Source: Camelus dromedarius
Taxonomy: Eukaryota
DNA length: 64,000 bases
Direction: 5' to 3'
Assembly (NCBI RefSeq): GCF_036321535.1
Contig: NC_087437.1
Location: 57,972,001-58,036,000, forward strand
Below the pieces are notes generated by a model. The model was not told the origin of the DNA, did not search any database, and saw nothing but the letters and a program-made list of their open reading frames with translations. Positions 49,691-63,140 of this stretch are shown one piece after another (the stretch's first letter is position 1; every line of letters starts with the position of its first letter). The position numbers were made by a program, and so were the translations under genes.

Positions 49691-50968
49691 TGATTGACTT
49701 CACTTGATTTTACCTTTCTCCTAGTGTGTGTGTGCACACGCGTGTGCAGCAGGGCTGGACAGGTTCATCTCTGCTCATAATTCTGGATGAAATCACATCA
49801 CCTCCGATGTGTAACTGGCCATGAGAACAGAAGCACAAGCCAGTGACAGTGAATGGCGTGTTCTTCCCCACATCAAGTTACAGATCTAGCACATGTGTCT
49901 TATGAAACTAGATCTGGGCCCTGTTCTCACGTTGAGCTCCTCAGCCTTCTCTGATCAGTGAGCCTGTTGTCCAGGGCATTTATACAGGTAGCACTTTGTC
50001 TATTCACTTATCCCTTTGTTGGTATTCAAATTCTTCTCATTTCCCAAAGGGCATTTTAAAACCGCTTCCAATACCTGAGAACTCTGGAAAGACGGAAAGT
50101 CACTCATACACTCATATACTTAGAGACAGACATCTCTTCCTCAAACTACAAACAACAGCAACAACAGAACCCAATGGGGACTAAGGATTGAGGAGAGAAA
50201 GCAGAAAAAAAAAAAAAAGTTTGTCTTCCCAGTTTACTGTAGGAACCAATTTTCAGAGAGGAGCTTTAATCAAGTAGACCCACCGTATTCCTGTATAAAA
50301 AGTCTCAAGACAAATTCAAAGACCAAAATAATATTTTCTTTCAGCCTCTGTTTGGGATCATTCTGCCTCTGTTCCTCTAAGTTGCATGGGAAAAATTCTA
50401 AATCACGAATTTAACCTCTCCATTCAACGCCCTCCGCCCGTCCTTTCCCTAGTGCAGTGCTTATATCCATTGTCAGTTCTTTGTTAACCTATTGGTGTCC
50501 CTCTGTCTGATGACCTGTGCATCTCCTAACCTAACACAAGTTCAACGCATGTCAGCTGATGAATAATAAAACAGGTGGTACTGACTAAAGATAGGGTCTA
50601 CTGTCAGAGTGATGTACTAGGACGTACAGTGTCAGGTTGACAGACATGATGAGACACTCCAGAGCCACTATACTTGCAAGCAAGGGACTCCTGTTACACA
50701 CGCAGCAGAGATGGAAGGGAAAAGCTAGTAGCCTGTTAACAGCTGACCGTGAACTATATGGTAACTACCCAAAGGCATCTCCTCTTGCTTTCAGCCAGCA
50801 ATCAGCCAGAGATTAGAAGGAAGGCTGCTATCTAGTTACAGTGTCATCTAAGATCACAGCCTAATACCTGATTTTTAAAAAAAGATTATAACTGCATTTT
50901 TCCTTTGATGCACAAGAACAGACCAGGTAAATGAACAGATGCCATCTTACTAAGTAATTACCAATAAC

Positions 50969-50986
50969 TGCCAGGAGATGGCGCCC
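50969..50986 (+). promoter_or_regulatory. Candidate CTCF site
   Basis: CCAGGAGATGGCGC matches the core consensus CCASYAGRKGGCRS at 13 of 14 positions. Confidence 0.45.
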
Positions 50987-53900
50987 ACACTGCATTCATG
51001 TACTAAGAGTTCCTGGATCCAAAGTCATAAAATCCTCCAATGAAAGCTCTGGAGAAATTGAGGCTTAGCAAGGGGCTAAGACTTGATGAGATGACATTAA
51101 GGCACCAATAACGGCTTGTCTGCCCCCAGTGACTCAAAACTTTGTCTTTTGGTCTCCCAGAGGAAATCGCCTGCTTATTCAGGAGCTGACAGAATCCATC
51201 TAGACGGAGCCCAGACTGAAAAATGCTTTCTCTGGGCAGGCAACATGATTATCAATTGATTCTTAGAGCATACTGAAGACCCTGTCACAAAGCACAGTGT
51301 TTCAGCTCCCACTGGCTGCATCTGAGATAGAAAGATCACGAACACAGCTTCAGGAACCAGGGAAAAGGGAGCGAGAAGGCAGAGGAAACGGTTTTTGATG
51401 GTATGAGGCTTAAGGCACCACTCTCTCTGCAAAACTGTTTCATTCTAACTACCAATAAATAGATACATCCAAAGATTTCAGGAGCCAAGATGCAACTAAA
51501 TTTTTTTACCTGGCTCCAATCAATAAATCATCCAAATAAACGTTCATTTACATTGTAAATAATTGTTAATTTACAATTAATTTGAAGCTTTCAATTTCCC
51601 AGAAAATGGTCACAATCATTTTCTCATTTGTTCCCAGCGATAATTCTGTGAAGAACACTGGAGTGTTCACTGCACAGGCGTGGAAACAGACTCTTGGCGG
51701 CTAAGTGACCAGCCAAGATAAGGGCACAAAACATCCACAAAAATCTCTGGTCTAAACAAGATTAAAAATGAGTCTGCCCACACACAATTATTTTGAAAGA
51801 AGGAAGGATATGTCATTTGGCTTCTGTACCAAGTTATTAGTCTGTTGCAGAGTGAGCAGAAAGAGAAAGAAAGGGCTCAAAATGTAAATCATTTTGTCTG
51901 CAAATAATTAAGGGCTCATTGCTCTTCTGGGGGCAGTTGGGGGGGGTGGCAATCTGTGGGTGGTAAGCCTGGAGATCTCAGTTATGCCTGGACTGACTGG
52001 GTGATTGACAAAATGCCCCGCTTTCTAAGCAAACACACATCATTCCTAGGAAGTAACCTGTCTTTAAGTTTCAAATAATTAGATACCTAAAAATTACTAA
52101 TTAATTTTCCAAGTAGCTCATTGCTGTATAGCTATTATTAATAATGACCCCTTTGTCTATATTGCCTTTACCTTCCTTTAAATTGTAAAAAATGTTATTT
52201 CAAATACTAATACCCTCGATCAAGTTTCCAAACACTACAGCGGTATAACATCCTAAAAATCTGCTATTTCAAAAGATAACGTCTCAGTTAACAAGTCTTA
52301 AAAGTCTTCCCATCGTATAAAGCTGGAACGTTCCACGCAACTACACTCATCCCTATAATTTAAGGAAGGACTAGAGGAATCAAATAACTGTTTCCAAGGA
52401 AAAGAGACGTGGGGGAAAAGTACGGCCAGCCTGACAGACTAACAAAGAATCCACTTCTGAGCCACAATTGTCTACCTGATAATTACTTTCAGTGCCTGGA
52501 TGAAAACATACTTTATTGTTTGAGCTTGAAAACGTTTACATCAAAAGAAATCAGGCTTAAAAAACAACTAGTCACAAAGCCCCGTGCAGAGGCTGAAATC
52601 TGCAGTTTAAAAGCATGAGCAGATCATTCGAAAGAAGGTCAAATTATTGCAATGTTTTGAAATCCACGCCAGGACAATAAAAAAGGAGAGTCAAAAAGTG
52701 AGTCTCTTCATGCTGACAGGCGAAAGTGATACTTTGAAAAATAACTCCTTTCTCCTACTTTTCCTCTCACCATTAAAAAATATAGAGTAATGGCCAGCGG
52801 TGTGGGGACAAAATAGGAAATTCAATATTCTAGCCAGACATTGTAAACTAAAATGGTGGCTCAGAGAGATATAAAAGGGTTTGGGTTTTTGTTTTTTTTT
52901 TTTAACTTTATATACTGTTGAAGGCTGTTGTCTGAATCAGTTGCCAGTTCTGTAAGTCGGACTCCAGGGGGATGAAGCCGAGGTTGTCTGTCTGTACCCC
53001 ACACAAAGAATGCGAATGAGTCATTGATTACCGGAGGCAGAACTGACTTCCAGTGTCATGTACTCCAACTGCCATGGGACAGGTCACGTTGCTAAGGCCC
53101 CGGGGAAAAGGACACAGCCCAGCACCCGGCACAGGTGCTGGGAAGACAACCCTAGGTCCTGATCCTCCATCCAGGGCTCTCTCCACTCTGAGTGGGGGTC
53201 ACCAACCAAACAGCGGGAAAATATGGGTCCCATGTCCCACCCTAGAAGGACTGAAGCACAATCTCCAAGGAGATATGGGAATTTTAGACTAGCAATTTTT
53301 AAATGCTTTTGCAAATGGAGACTGTCCGCTCTCTCCCTCAATTTCAGAGCAGACAGTCTAGCTGCATGGATTCAAGAAAGGCAGAGCCGTCAGGTTAGAG
53401 GAAGGGGTTCACTGGACCAGAGATTCTCCAAAATCTTGAAGAGGTGAGATTAGCTATTCCTCAAATCAGGAAAGCTACTTCGGTGGGACTTTTGGAAAGA
53501 TGACAGTAATTGAGATTCAGGAAAGACAGGACATCTCTCATGCCTTTGGGGGACTGGGGGATTCATTTACACCTTCAACTTCCAAGTTATGCAATTTGCT
53601 TTGAATGAAAAAGATCTATTTTTTTCTAGATTTCTGCCAATTAGTTTTTCATATCTTCTATCTCCCTCTGCCCATCAGATAGTGGTTGATTTTTGTCCTC
53701 TATTCAATCTTAAGCTTGGACAAAGCAATTGTGTCACCAGCCAAGAATCCTTAAGGGCACACCCCCATCCTCTCTTGAGAGCACGTTATATGGGTCAGTG
53801 TGAATCAGCTGTAAGGGTGACTTGGCAGCCAAGCAACAAACCCGCGGTGATGGGCACAATTACAGCTCAGTCCTTGACATCAAAGAGCAACCTTTTGGAC

Positions 53901-54649
53901 AGAAGTCTACAATTGCCAAAGCTATCAATGCCTGGGAAGTGAATTTAGACAAGAAGGATTTAATACACATAACCATATTCATGCTGTGTCCCTTCCAAAA
54001 ATCCAGTGAAATTAGGTTTTACAGTAAAGTGGGGAAAAGACTAAATGACAAGCATTCTTTTAAAAGACGGTGCCCACTCAAGAGAGGCCATTAAAGGACT
54101 CACAGCCAAGTGCGGTGTGATCGTGAGATGCAGAGGTCTCATTTTAAGGTCGTTACAACAAAAATGACATTTGTGCACTGACCTAAGTCTTGTCACGAGA
54201 GAAAGTTTCAGATGAAAAATTTCGTAGTTTTATTTTAAAGAGGGAAGGGGTGGTCCAGGGAGAAACCCTCCAGCAAAACCATAGGATGTTTTCTGTCTTT
54301 CCACTAGAGGTCGTGCTTTCCTCATTCTTCTTTACAGTTGTTGGCCAGGCTCCAAACCAAAGGACGGCAGAAGGGCCTGAAGGTTGAATAGAAATTTTTA
54401 AAATTCATACCTGATTTTACTGATACTATTTCAAAGTGAGTCAGAAATGGATTTGGGTTTCAGAAACAGTGTTCCTTACCGGTAAATCCCAGATGCCCAC
54501 TGCTGCTTGCAGCAATGCCTTTGAAGTGGTGGGATGGCATATGTTCACTGAGAAAATTCCATGGCTTCAGGATGAAAAAGGCATACGGGAAAGAAAGATA
54601 CCCTAAGAGATAAGGTGGGTGACGTGATGGGCAGATTATGAATTTAGGA

Positions 54650-54860
54650 TATAGACAAGCTTGAATGTGAACCCTAGCTTCATGATTTATTACCTGTGTG
54701 ACATCTGGGGAAGTGTCTTGACTTTCTGAAACTTTAGTTTCCTCATTAAAAAAAAAAATGAGGATAATAGCCTTGTGAAAGAGATGGTATTGTGAGACTT
54801 GATTGAAACAGTTACATAAAGCTCCCAATACAGTTTCTGGAACTTTGCAGATAGAGAAAA
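54650..54860 (+). mobile_element. MIR SINE
   Basis: ttattacctgtgtgacatctggggaagtg...agtttcctcatt...aaaatgaggataatag. Confidence 0.65.
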
Positions 54861-55307
54861 TGTAATTTAAAAAAAAAAAGCATTCTGTTCACACTTCTCT
54901 GGGTCAGTTAATAACATCAGTTTGTATTTGCTGTTTGGGCACATGACTTTTTTATTTTAAGAAAATGTTCCAGTATTTGCCTCTTTTCAACCATCTCCCT
55001 CCCTTTCTTTTTTCTTTTGATTTTAGTTTCCCCATGTTTGTCACTTAAGTAATGTGATCACTCTGCCAGCTTTGTACGGCAGAGAGAAGCATTTTTAATA
55101 AAAAGTTACCACAAAGTACCTGGTTGGTAGGAGTGCGGAGGAAGGGGAAGGGAGGAGGGAGGGAAACGGGAGGAAGAGAAAAAAAAAAACACACGCACTG
55201 ATTTTTGTGGTCAGTTTTAGCTTAACACCATCTCTCCTCTGTGAATTTGGTAGATGAGCAAAATGTAGTGAAATCCTGAACACTGAACAGATTCTGCCTT
55301 GTTACCA

Positions 55308-55487
55308 CAGCAGTTCTCTAACTAGCATGCAGAATCCTCTGGAGATATTATTAAAACACAGATGGCTGGGCCTCGGCCATCAGCATTTGTGACTCAGGGG
55401 GTCTGGGGCCGGGCCAGAGAGCGCGCATTTCTAGCACATTCCCAGGAGCACTGGTGTCACAGGTCCAGGACCACACTGTGAGGACTG
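55308..55487. mobile_element. MER5A-like hAT MITE
   Basis: cagcagttctc...gcagaatc...ttaaaacacagatggctgggcc...gcatttctagcacattcccagg...ggaccacactgtgaggactg. Confidence 0.75.
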
Positions 55488-55728
55488 GTTTAGCACAGCC
55501 ACAGAATTCACAGTCCAACTGTGGGCAAGAACATGGAATCAGAATAAGAAACCCAGGCTCTAGTCCTGACCGTCCATTAATTCACTGTGCGAAGAGGAAG
55601 GCTCATTCCCTGTCACGCCCAGCGTGCTTACCTGGAAAAAGAAACGATGTCTCTCTACCAGTGAGATCGTATGAGGGTCAAAAGAAGAAATGGGTAAAAT
55701 AAAACTCTTAAAAATTAGAATATAACCT

Positions 55729-55885
55729 GGGGGGAGGGTGTATCTCAGTGGTAGAGCACGTGCCCAGCATGTATGAGGTCCTGGGTTCAATCCCCAGGAC
55801 CTCCGTTAAAAATAAATAAAATAAAATAAAATTTAAAAACAAACAAACCTAATTACCTCTCTCCCTGCAACTTCCAAAAAAAAAA
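55729..55885 (+). mobile_element. tRNA-derived SINE, camelid vic-1-like
   Basis: gggggagggtgtatctcagtggtagagcac...gaggtcctgggttcaatcccc...aacctaattacctc plus an A tail. Confidence 0.9.
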
Positions 55886-55939
55886 TATTCTGGAAGAACA
55901 AAGTATCATGAACAGCAGTTCTAACAGCCCAACAGACCG

Positions 55940-56360
55940 TCTGAGTTACCAACTTGACGGCATCAGAGGATGCCCAGATCTGGGGGTGTGTCTGCTGAGA
56001 CTGGCATTGGAACTGGCTGACTCAGGGAGTGAGAATGCTCTTCCCAAGGTAGGTGGGCATCATCTAATCTGTTGAGAGCCTGAAGAGAACAAAAAGGTGG
56101 AGGAAGGAAGAATGTGCCTCTTTCCTCCTGCCTCACTGCTTGAGCTGAGGCCTCTCATCTCACCTTCTCCCCATCGTCAGATGGGAAGTTGCATCACTGA
56201 CCCTCCCTTGTTCTCCAGCTAAATTACTGCACCCACTTTCCTGGTCTCCAGATTGCAGAAAGCGGGAACTCTAGGCCTCCAGGATTGCATGACCAACTCC
56301 TCCTGATAAATCTTCTTTTATATCCTGTTAGTTCTGTTCCTTTAGAGAGCTAATATGCAG
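55940..56360 (+). mobile_element. ERVL LTR (MLT2-like)
   Basis: caacttgac...ggatgcccaga...gtgggcatcatctaatctgttgagagcctgaa...aacaaaaaggtggaggaagg...tatcctgttagttctgtt. Confidence 0.8.
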
Positions 56361-58689
56361 TCATTACATAAAAGACTTCCTGAAGACTGCTAACTGACAG
56401 TCCTAGGTGACATAGTCTGGATTCTGCCTCTGGCTTCCCCTGGACACACACTTGACCTTTCTGGGTCCTGGTTTTCCATCCAGCAAAAGGTTTAGAGGTA
56501 AGATGATCTCTAAGGTCTTTCAGATGTAAAAATGTTATGGTCCTAGGGTCAGAACCTGAGCAGGGACTGGGGCTCAGGCAGGTGGGCGTGTCTCAGTGCA
56601 GGGAACACCATCTCCCCACCGAGAGCTGAGGGCAAGCCATTTCATCCCGTCAGTGTGGACCGCCCCACAGTAACCTGGGGGCCACGTGCTTTGCCCACAC
56701 TTCAGTACAGACCAGTCCCAGGACCCAGGTGTGACAGCCCTCAGCGTGAGCTCTCGAACATTCCAAAAACCAAGCTCCGTATTGGCTATCGTTACTGAAA
56801 ACAGTAAATTTCTCATTATCAGACAGTTATCAGCAGAGCCCTGTGCCTTCCACTCAGTTGACAGATGCTTGAGATTCTGTCTTAAAAGCACATTGCCACT
56901 GCATGTCATTGCCACAGTGGTGCCTAGGCCCTCACATCTCTCACAGGGACAATGCAACATCTCTTAACTGGACTCCCCTCCCCTCCACCATCACCCAGCA
57001 TAAGCTGCCAAAAGGAGCCCCTCCAAGGGGTCTCTGACTCCATTACTCAGCTACTCAAAATCCTTTGATGGTGGCCACCATCCCCGGAGCCAAGGCCTCC
57101 ACATTCTGAGGCCAACCTTCATGTCAACCCATATCTTACTGCTCCCTTATGTTCCCTCAGTGGCTCTAGCCCCAAATGGATCCCCCAACTACACTGCTCC
57201 CTCAAGTATGTCCTTGCTTTCCAGCTCCCAAGCCTAAGTTCATTCCCTCCTTGTGGCCCGCCAACCTTGACTGTTGAAATCACATCAGTTCTACTCCTTC
57301 TAAAAGCTTTGGCCTCCTAACCCCCCACAATCAGACATTATTCCCTTTCTTTCTTTGCACAATCTTTTATTAACCTGGTATTTTATGAGATTTATAGGGT
57401 GATTTGTATTACAGCGATCTGAATTGACTCCTATGTCTCACACAAGATCTTAAGTTTTTTGAGGACTCACCCATGTCCCTCTGAGTCCTGAGGATTAAGC
57501 TACTGAGATCTAGGAACAGTCCATCCTGATACAGAATGTGCCATCATAATAGGGACTAGCTTGTACAGGGCTGGCAAATAGTAACATTATGTCAGCGCGA
57601 TAAAAGCAATGTTAATTCACATGTAATTTTCCAAGAATGTTAATATTCTGTACAACCAAGGAATAGCCATCAAACAGAACGTGCTCAAACCCAGCAGAAT
57701 GCAGTAGCCTGTGGAGAGAAGGATGCTCAAGTTCTTCTTGACTCTAATTGGCATGTGATCTGTCACAGAAATGCTTCTCATTGTTTTCTATGATTTTCAT
57801 GCATTTTTTTTCTTTGTCTCCAAAATTGAACAGCTTTATCCCCCATCTTTTTTTTTTTTCTAAAACCCTTTTCATCAAACCACCTTCAACCTTTTCTCAA
57901 AGGTAAACTCCTATATTAGAGTGATCTTTTTCTTTTTTTCTTTTCTTTCTTTTTTTCTTCAGGATTGGTATTGCTTTTGTTAATTTCCTGGACAAAGTCT
58001 TTGGAGGTTTGAAGTGATGTGCTCTTAACTCTATTTTTCCCACAAGCCCTGTTGTTTTCAAAATGCGGCTTTGCAGAATGCAAGGACTTCACGGAGCCTG
58101 TACATTGTACTGTTGTGTAAATGCCTAGACTATTACTCATCGAGGGGCAGAAATTCGTTCTGCTGGTGGGAAGACAGGAAAGCTTATGAAGTCCCTCAGT
58201 ACAACTCCCCTGAAGGTCATTGTTCAAGCCAGCTCTAGGCTGCCTGGAAATCAGTGATGGGGATGGAGCGCTTCTGCTGGAATCTGGAGGTGTGGATGGA
58301 AATGCTCTTGGGGATGACAGAGCTGACCTGAGTTGACACTAGAACACAAAGAACTCAGAGTTTTCCTGGGAAGCTGAGCATGTCTAAAAACTGCTGGTGC
58401 CAGAGGTCCCTGGGCTTCTGAAGAGGGGAGAGGACACCTAAGGGGAAAAGGCACAGAAAGGGGGAAGGAAAAAAAAAAGATAAAAAGAGAGGTGGGAATC
58501 AGTGTTTACAGCATGTCTGCTGTGAACCAAGTATAGGCTGTTATCTCACCACTTACATGCAAAGTCTTTCCATTTAATTCTTTATCCTCAATTTACAAGA
58601 ACAGAGAATCAGGCTTAAGTGGTTAAGGGATTTGCCCACAGTGACGAACCTTTTCACTGCGAGGGTGGCTTCCCAACTGAGCCTCAAGG

Positions 58690-58800
58690 GCCCAGCCTCC
58701 CCGCAAGTCCTGCAGGGAGCGGAGGGTGGGGGTGGGCGACGTGTAAAGACAGACTGCGCCTGCGCCAAGTGGGCAGCCCCCGGCCTCCCGCCCCCACTTC
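58690..58800. promoter_or_regulatory. Candidate intronic promoter/enhancer (NRF1-like site plus GC boxes)
   Basis: TGCGCCTGCGC at 58755-58765, flanked by gggtgggggtgggcg and cccgccccc (58787-58795); local CpG enrichment. Confidence 0.4.
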
Positions 58801-60827
58801 AAGCACTTTTATCTGTTTTACATATTGGGCTTCCTCTGATGCTTCTATTTGAAGTAAGAGTCCTACAGTTTTAAAAGGGAGGGGGAAAAAAAGGGTTGAA
58901 AATCACTGCCTCATATCAAGCTGGCTACTTACCAATTCTGCCTGAGGCTGGCCTTCAGCAGAAAAATAAATCAGCTGCTTACAAAAGATCGACTCCGTAC
59001 AGAATGCTGTTAGGGGAAGGGGGGCCCCAAACCCCTGCTAGAATCTTCCAAAGCTCTGAAAAGACTGCGCTTTATGCCAACTTTACCCGCTCATCTGACT
59101 CTCTCTACCCCCTTTTCCTGACATTCCAAGGCAGGTCTGGAGCTGGCGGAAGGGCAGGAGCCTGGAGAACAGACCTTCCAGCCAGTGCCCCGGGGAGAAG
59201 CCAGGGATGGACTGAGCTCTGAACCCCAGCAGGACCCCGGGTCCAGCCGTGATGCTCCCTAGAGAGGCCATTCCTCACCACCCAGTGAGCTGGTCGGACT
59301 AGATGGTCTTAAATGTTCTTTCTGACTCAAAAGAGTGTGTGTGTTTCTGAGCCGAGGAAAAGGACGGGGAGATGTTTCAAGAGTGTGTCTGTAGCAAGCA
59401 AATGAGAGTAATGGGTGAAAAGCTAAGGGGAGCTAACGGTGCAAAGCGCGAGCCCCACAGACGCACGCAGAGGCGAACGCAGACCTTTTGGATGACTGGT
59501 TTCTCTAAGACGCACGAGTTCCAGGGAACAGGTGGGAAAAGCAAGCAGAGGCATGATGAGCGCTGATGGGACTTGAGCAGAATGGAACAGAATACATCTG
59601 CCTTTCAGTCCCCCAAGATAATAACGCCTAACAGCACAAAAGGCCATTTCAGATCTTTCCAAAGACCTGTGGCAGTCCCACGGTGAGGCTGTGTGTTTCG
59701 GGGAAAGGACGTGCGGGGGAAGTTTCTTTAAAGTGGTTAGAAAGGAAATAACAGGGCGCTGGATTTACAGCCAGTCTCTGCGCAATGAATGATTTGTCAC
59801 CTTCTCCTTCTGGTATTGATTCTCGCCTCAGACAGACGACAAATGACTGCTGATGAAAGCACGCGGTCCTCGGTGACTGCTCAGCCTGGGTGTGAAAGCG
59901 TCTCCAGCATCCTGCCCCTGGCATCTCACAGCAAAGGCTCGCCCTCCTCCCCTGCGGGAGCAGCTCAGCTGGCCGCCTCTGCACCCACCTGGAGGCCCTC
60001 CCCCTGGGGTACCGACATCACAGCCTCCACCACGTGTTTTCCATTTCCAGAATTTTTAACAAACTTAATGTTTTTAAATAATAAATATTTAAAACAAACA
60101 CACAGAAGAGTCTCTGGCATTATGCACCCTTCAAATAACAGTGTACACATCACTTATGTGAAAATTCTCCTTGATGCAGTGGTCTTCCAGATACTGCTAA
60201 TGCCATCATCCAACCATTCCCACCTCTTAGTAACACAGCCCATTTATTGAGCATCTATATTGAGCCCAGGCTTTTTTATGTATTATCATTCCTCTTTATG
60301 ATGTCCCTGCGTGGTAGGAAGAAATGGAGACTCTGAGGTTAAATAAATGCCCACAGTTACATAGGCTGTGGATCTGATCTTTGAACCTACATGTCTGACT
60401 CAAAAGACTGATTTACAACATCTCACACAGGTGAGTGGGGACAACTCAGCCGCATCTGCTTTCAACCTTTTCTTATGTTTGTTCTTCCAGCGCCAGGGAC
60501 ATGGCTAAGGAATTAAAGCTCTCGAACATTTGTAGGGGGTTCAGAAATGACAGAGGCTGGGAAATCTAGGGGCAGACCAGAAGACCTGAACCTGGAGACA
60601 GATTTTCAGGCCTGAATTTTCTGTCTTTTCCTCTCCTCTTGCCTGAAATTCTAGCAGTGAGGTTCATCTTCACAATTAAAAAAAAAGAAAGAAAATGGAA
60701 ATTGCTTCTTGGAAGTTAAGGTGCTAATTACCATTTACCCCTTAGTATAAGTGTGTTCCATCGAAGTGTGACATTCTCACTGCAGTGGAGACCACCTGCC
60801 CGGCTTGAAGGGGAGCTTTGATTCAGA

Positions 60828-60894
60828 GAGGACTGTGATTTTTGTGCTGGAAGGCCCTGAGGACTGTGATTTTGTGCTGCAAGGCCCTGAGGAC
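60828..60894 (+). repeat. Tandem duplication, 31/30-bp unit x ~2.2
   Basis: gaggactgtgatttttgtgctggaaggccct / gaggactgtgattttgtgctgcaaggccct / gaggac. Confidence 0.92.
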
Positions 60895-60950
60895 AGAAGT
60901 CAGAGACGAGGAGGCCTCCAGAGCCAGTGCTGAGGAAATAATGCATCAGG

Positions 60951-61048
60951 TTTGTTTGCTTGTTTATTTTTTCTCCTTACCTGATGGACCCAGGACCTTG
61001 TGCATTCCAGACATGTGTTCTACCACTGAGCTACACCCTCCCACCCCC
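60951..61048 (-). mobile_element. Short, diverged vic-1-like SINE
   Basis: acccaggaccttgtgcat...tctaccactgagctacaccctcc; degenerate duplication atgcatcaggttt / atgtgtcagtttt. Confidence 0.7.
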
Positions 61049-62869
61049 ATGTGTCAGTTTCAAAACTGCTCCATCCCTCCTGCACAGGCTCTTCCCCAAC
61101 CCATGCTGAGAAGACAAGGACTGGGACTCAGCTGATGCTTGAGTTAAAATGGCACCTGTGAACCCAGGCATCATTTGGGTTGTTTTTACATGGAAATACG
61201 TGATCTGATTCCAAACAAACAAACAAATATCCATCATATTCCTAAAAGGCCACCAAAATGCATTATTCATAGCAAGTCATACGGAAGCTAATTCCACAAA
61301 CACAAACAAGCTTAACAGAATCAATCCAAAGGAAAATGGGGGGTGGTGAATGTCCTTAAACTCTTCACTCCCACGGGAAGTTGTTTCTAAATGCGGTTGA
61401 AGAGGAGGGCCCGGGATGCCCTGGAGAGTGACTCACTGTTTCATTATTTGTCTCTCCTCAAAATAAGATTCAATAGAAAAGGAAATATTTGTTCATTTCA
61501 GACACCAATTTTGACAGGCATGGCGGGAGAATTCAGCGTAAAAACGGGATCGTGCCAACTACCACTCTCATGCCTTTATACCCACCTAGAAGTTCGTCAA
61601 CAGACATAAGAGCGAATGCAAGTAACTGGGCTTTGTGAACTACGAAGTCCAATATCAAATAAGTGTTATCAGGGTGGCTATGAGGGAGGCATGAGGTCCA
61701 AAGGGATGAAGAGGACCAAAAAATGTGCAAGAGCCTGACCTATTCCTATTCAGCTGGCGATGCTCCCTGCAGCCATGAGCAGGTCACTTTACCTTTCACA
61801 GCTTTGCTTGTGTGTGTGCAAATGAGAAGGAAGCATTCATCACTCACCTTCACCCATCTCAAAGGTGCCTGGGTCCTTAGAGCATCTAGCCTGACCACTT
61901 CATTTTATAGATGAGAACACTATTACAGATGAGAATGTCAAAGTCGTGCTGCCAGTAGTTAAAACCACAAAGCTAGTGCGTGTCAGAGCCACGACCAGAT
62001 CAAGGTCCTCTAATCCTTGGACCAGCACTCTGATGCTCTGGTGTAGGAGTCAAGTATGACCAAACAGAGGCGGTGAGATGGGCTGTGTATGTACAAACCT
62101 CAGTCCTTTACAGGACAGCCTGACCATCACACTAATGCTGATAATCAGCTGACATTCGATTTGCCTACTTTCTACTCGATAGATATGGTAGAATACGATT
62201 AATATGATATGACCGAAGTCATTTCAATCCATTTAGAAGCCATTATACTATTTGTTCAAAGTTAAATTTGCATTTTTAAAACCTCTTATTTTCACACAAT
62301 ATTCCAAATTCCTGTTTTAGATAGCTTCAACCAAAGACACTTAAAACTTTCCAAAAGATCAAGATTACCTGCAAAGAAATTCTACTTAAAGCAGGTTTAA
62401 TTTTAGTTAATGTCATACAAAAATGAATCTAGTTTGCTTTAAAAGCATTGAGTAAATAAATGTCTAATAATCTCTAAAATGACTTGTAGCTGGAGGATTC
62501 CTAATTGCATGTACTCACGGCTCAACAAAACATATTTCTCCAAGATAAGTCTGCTCTTCTGACTGAGAGCTGGAGGGACAGGAAAAAGATTTCTCATGGC
62601 CGCCTTGGATACATACACAAGATACACATCATATACATAGAAGGCCCAGTACTTTTACTCATCTTATTCAAATCAGTTTCTGCTTCTGAATAAGATTAAA
62701 AATAAAAAGTTGAGAAAAGGTAAAAATCATGGACATAATCATTGGCTCTTTTGTCAAACCCTAACAGAAATACTTCTAATGGAAGACTTTCTGGCAGATA
62801 GCCGACTGAGTTTAGGACAAAAATTCCTGGGAGGTGCATAGAAAAAAGTCCATCCAAACACTCTTCTTC

Positions 62870-63140
62870 CTTCCAATCTTCACCTTGTTTCAAGGAGCAA
62901 CTTAAAATATTACATCCTCTGAGCAGCTTTCCTTGATTATGCCTGGTTACGGCGTGAGCTCCCCCTAGTGTATCCCTGATGACTCTACTTAACTTACCTA
63001 GCTCCCAGTTCCAGGGTCGGCCCTTGGGGGTAGGGGTCTGTGGGCAATCTGGCCCACTCCCTTCTTTATTTCTGGTTCCCAGCACAGTAACTGACACAGA
63101 GTAAGCATCCCAGTGCTTACTGAATGAATGAACAAGTGAA
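62870..63140 (+). mobile_element. L2 3' remnant
   Basis: cccagcacagtaactgacacagagtaagca...tgcttactgaatgaatgaa. Confidence 0.6.

Noticed and set aside
59789..60250. 153-aa plus-strand ORF
   Set aside because: Low-complexity, no domain; expected by chance in a GC-richer segment.
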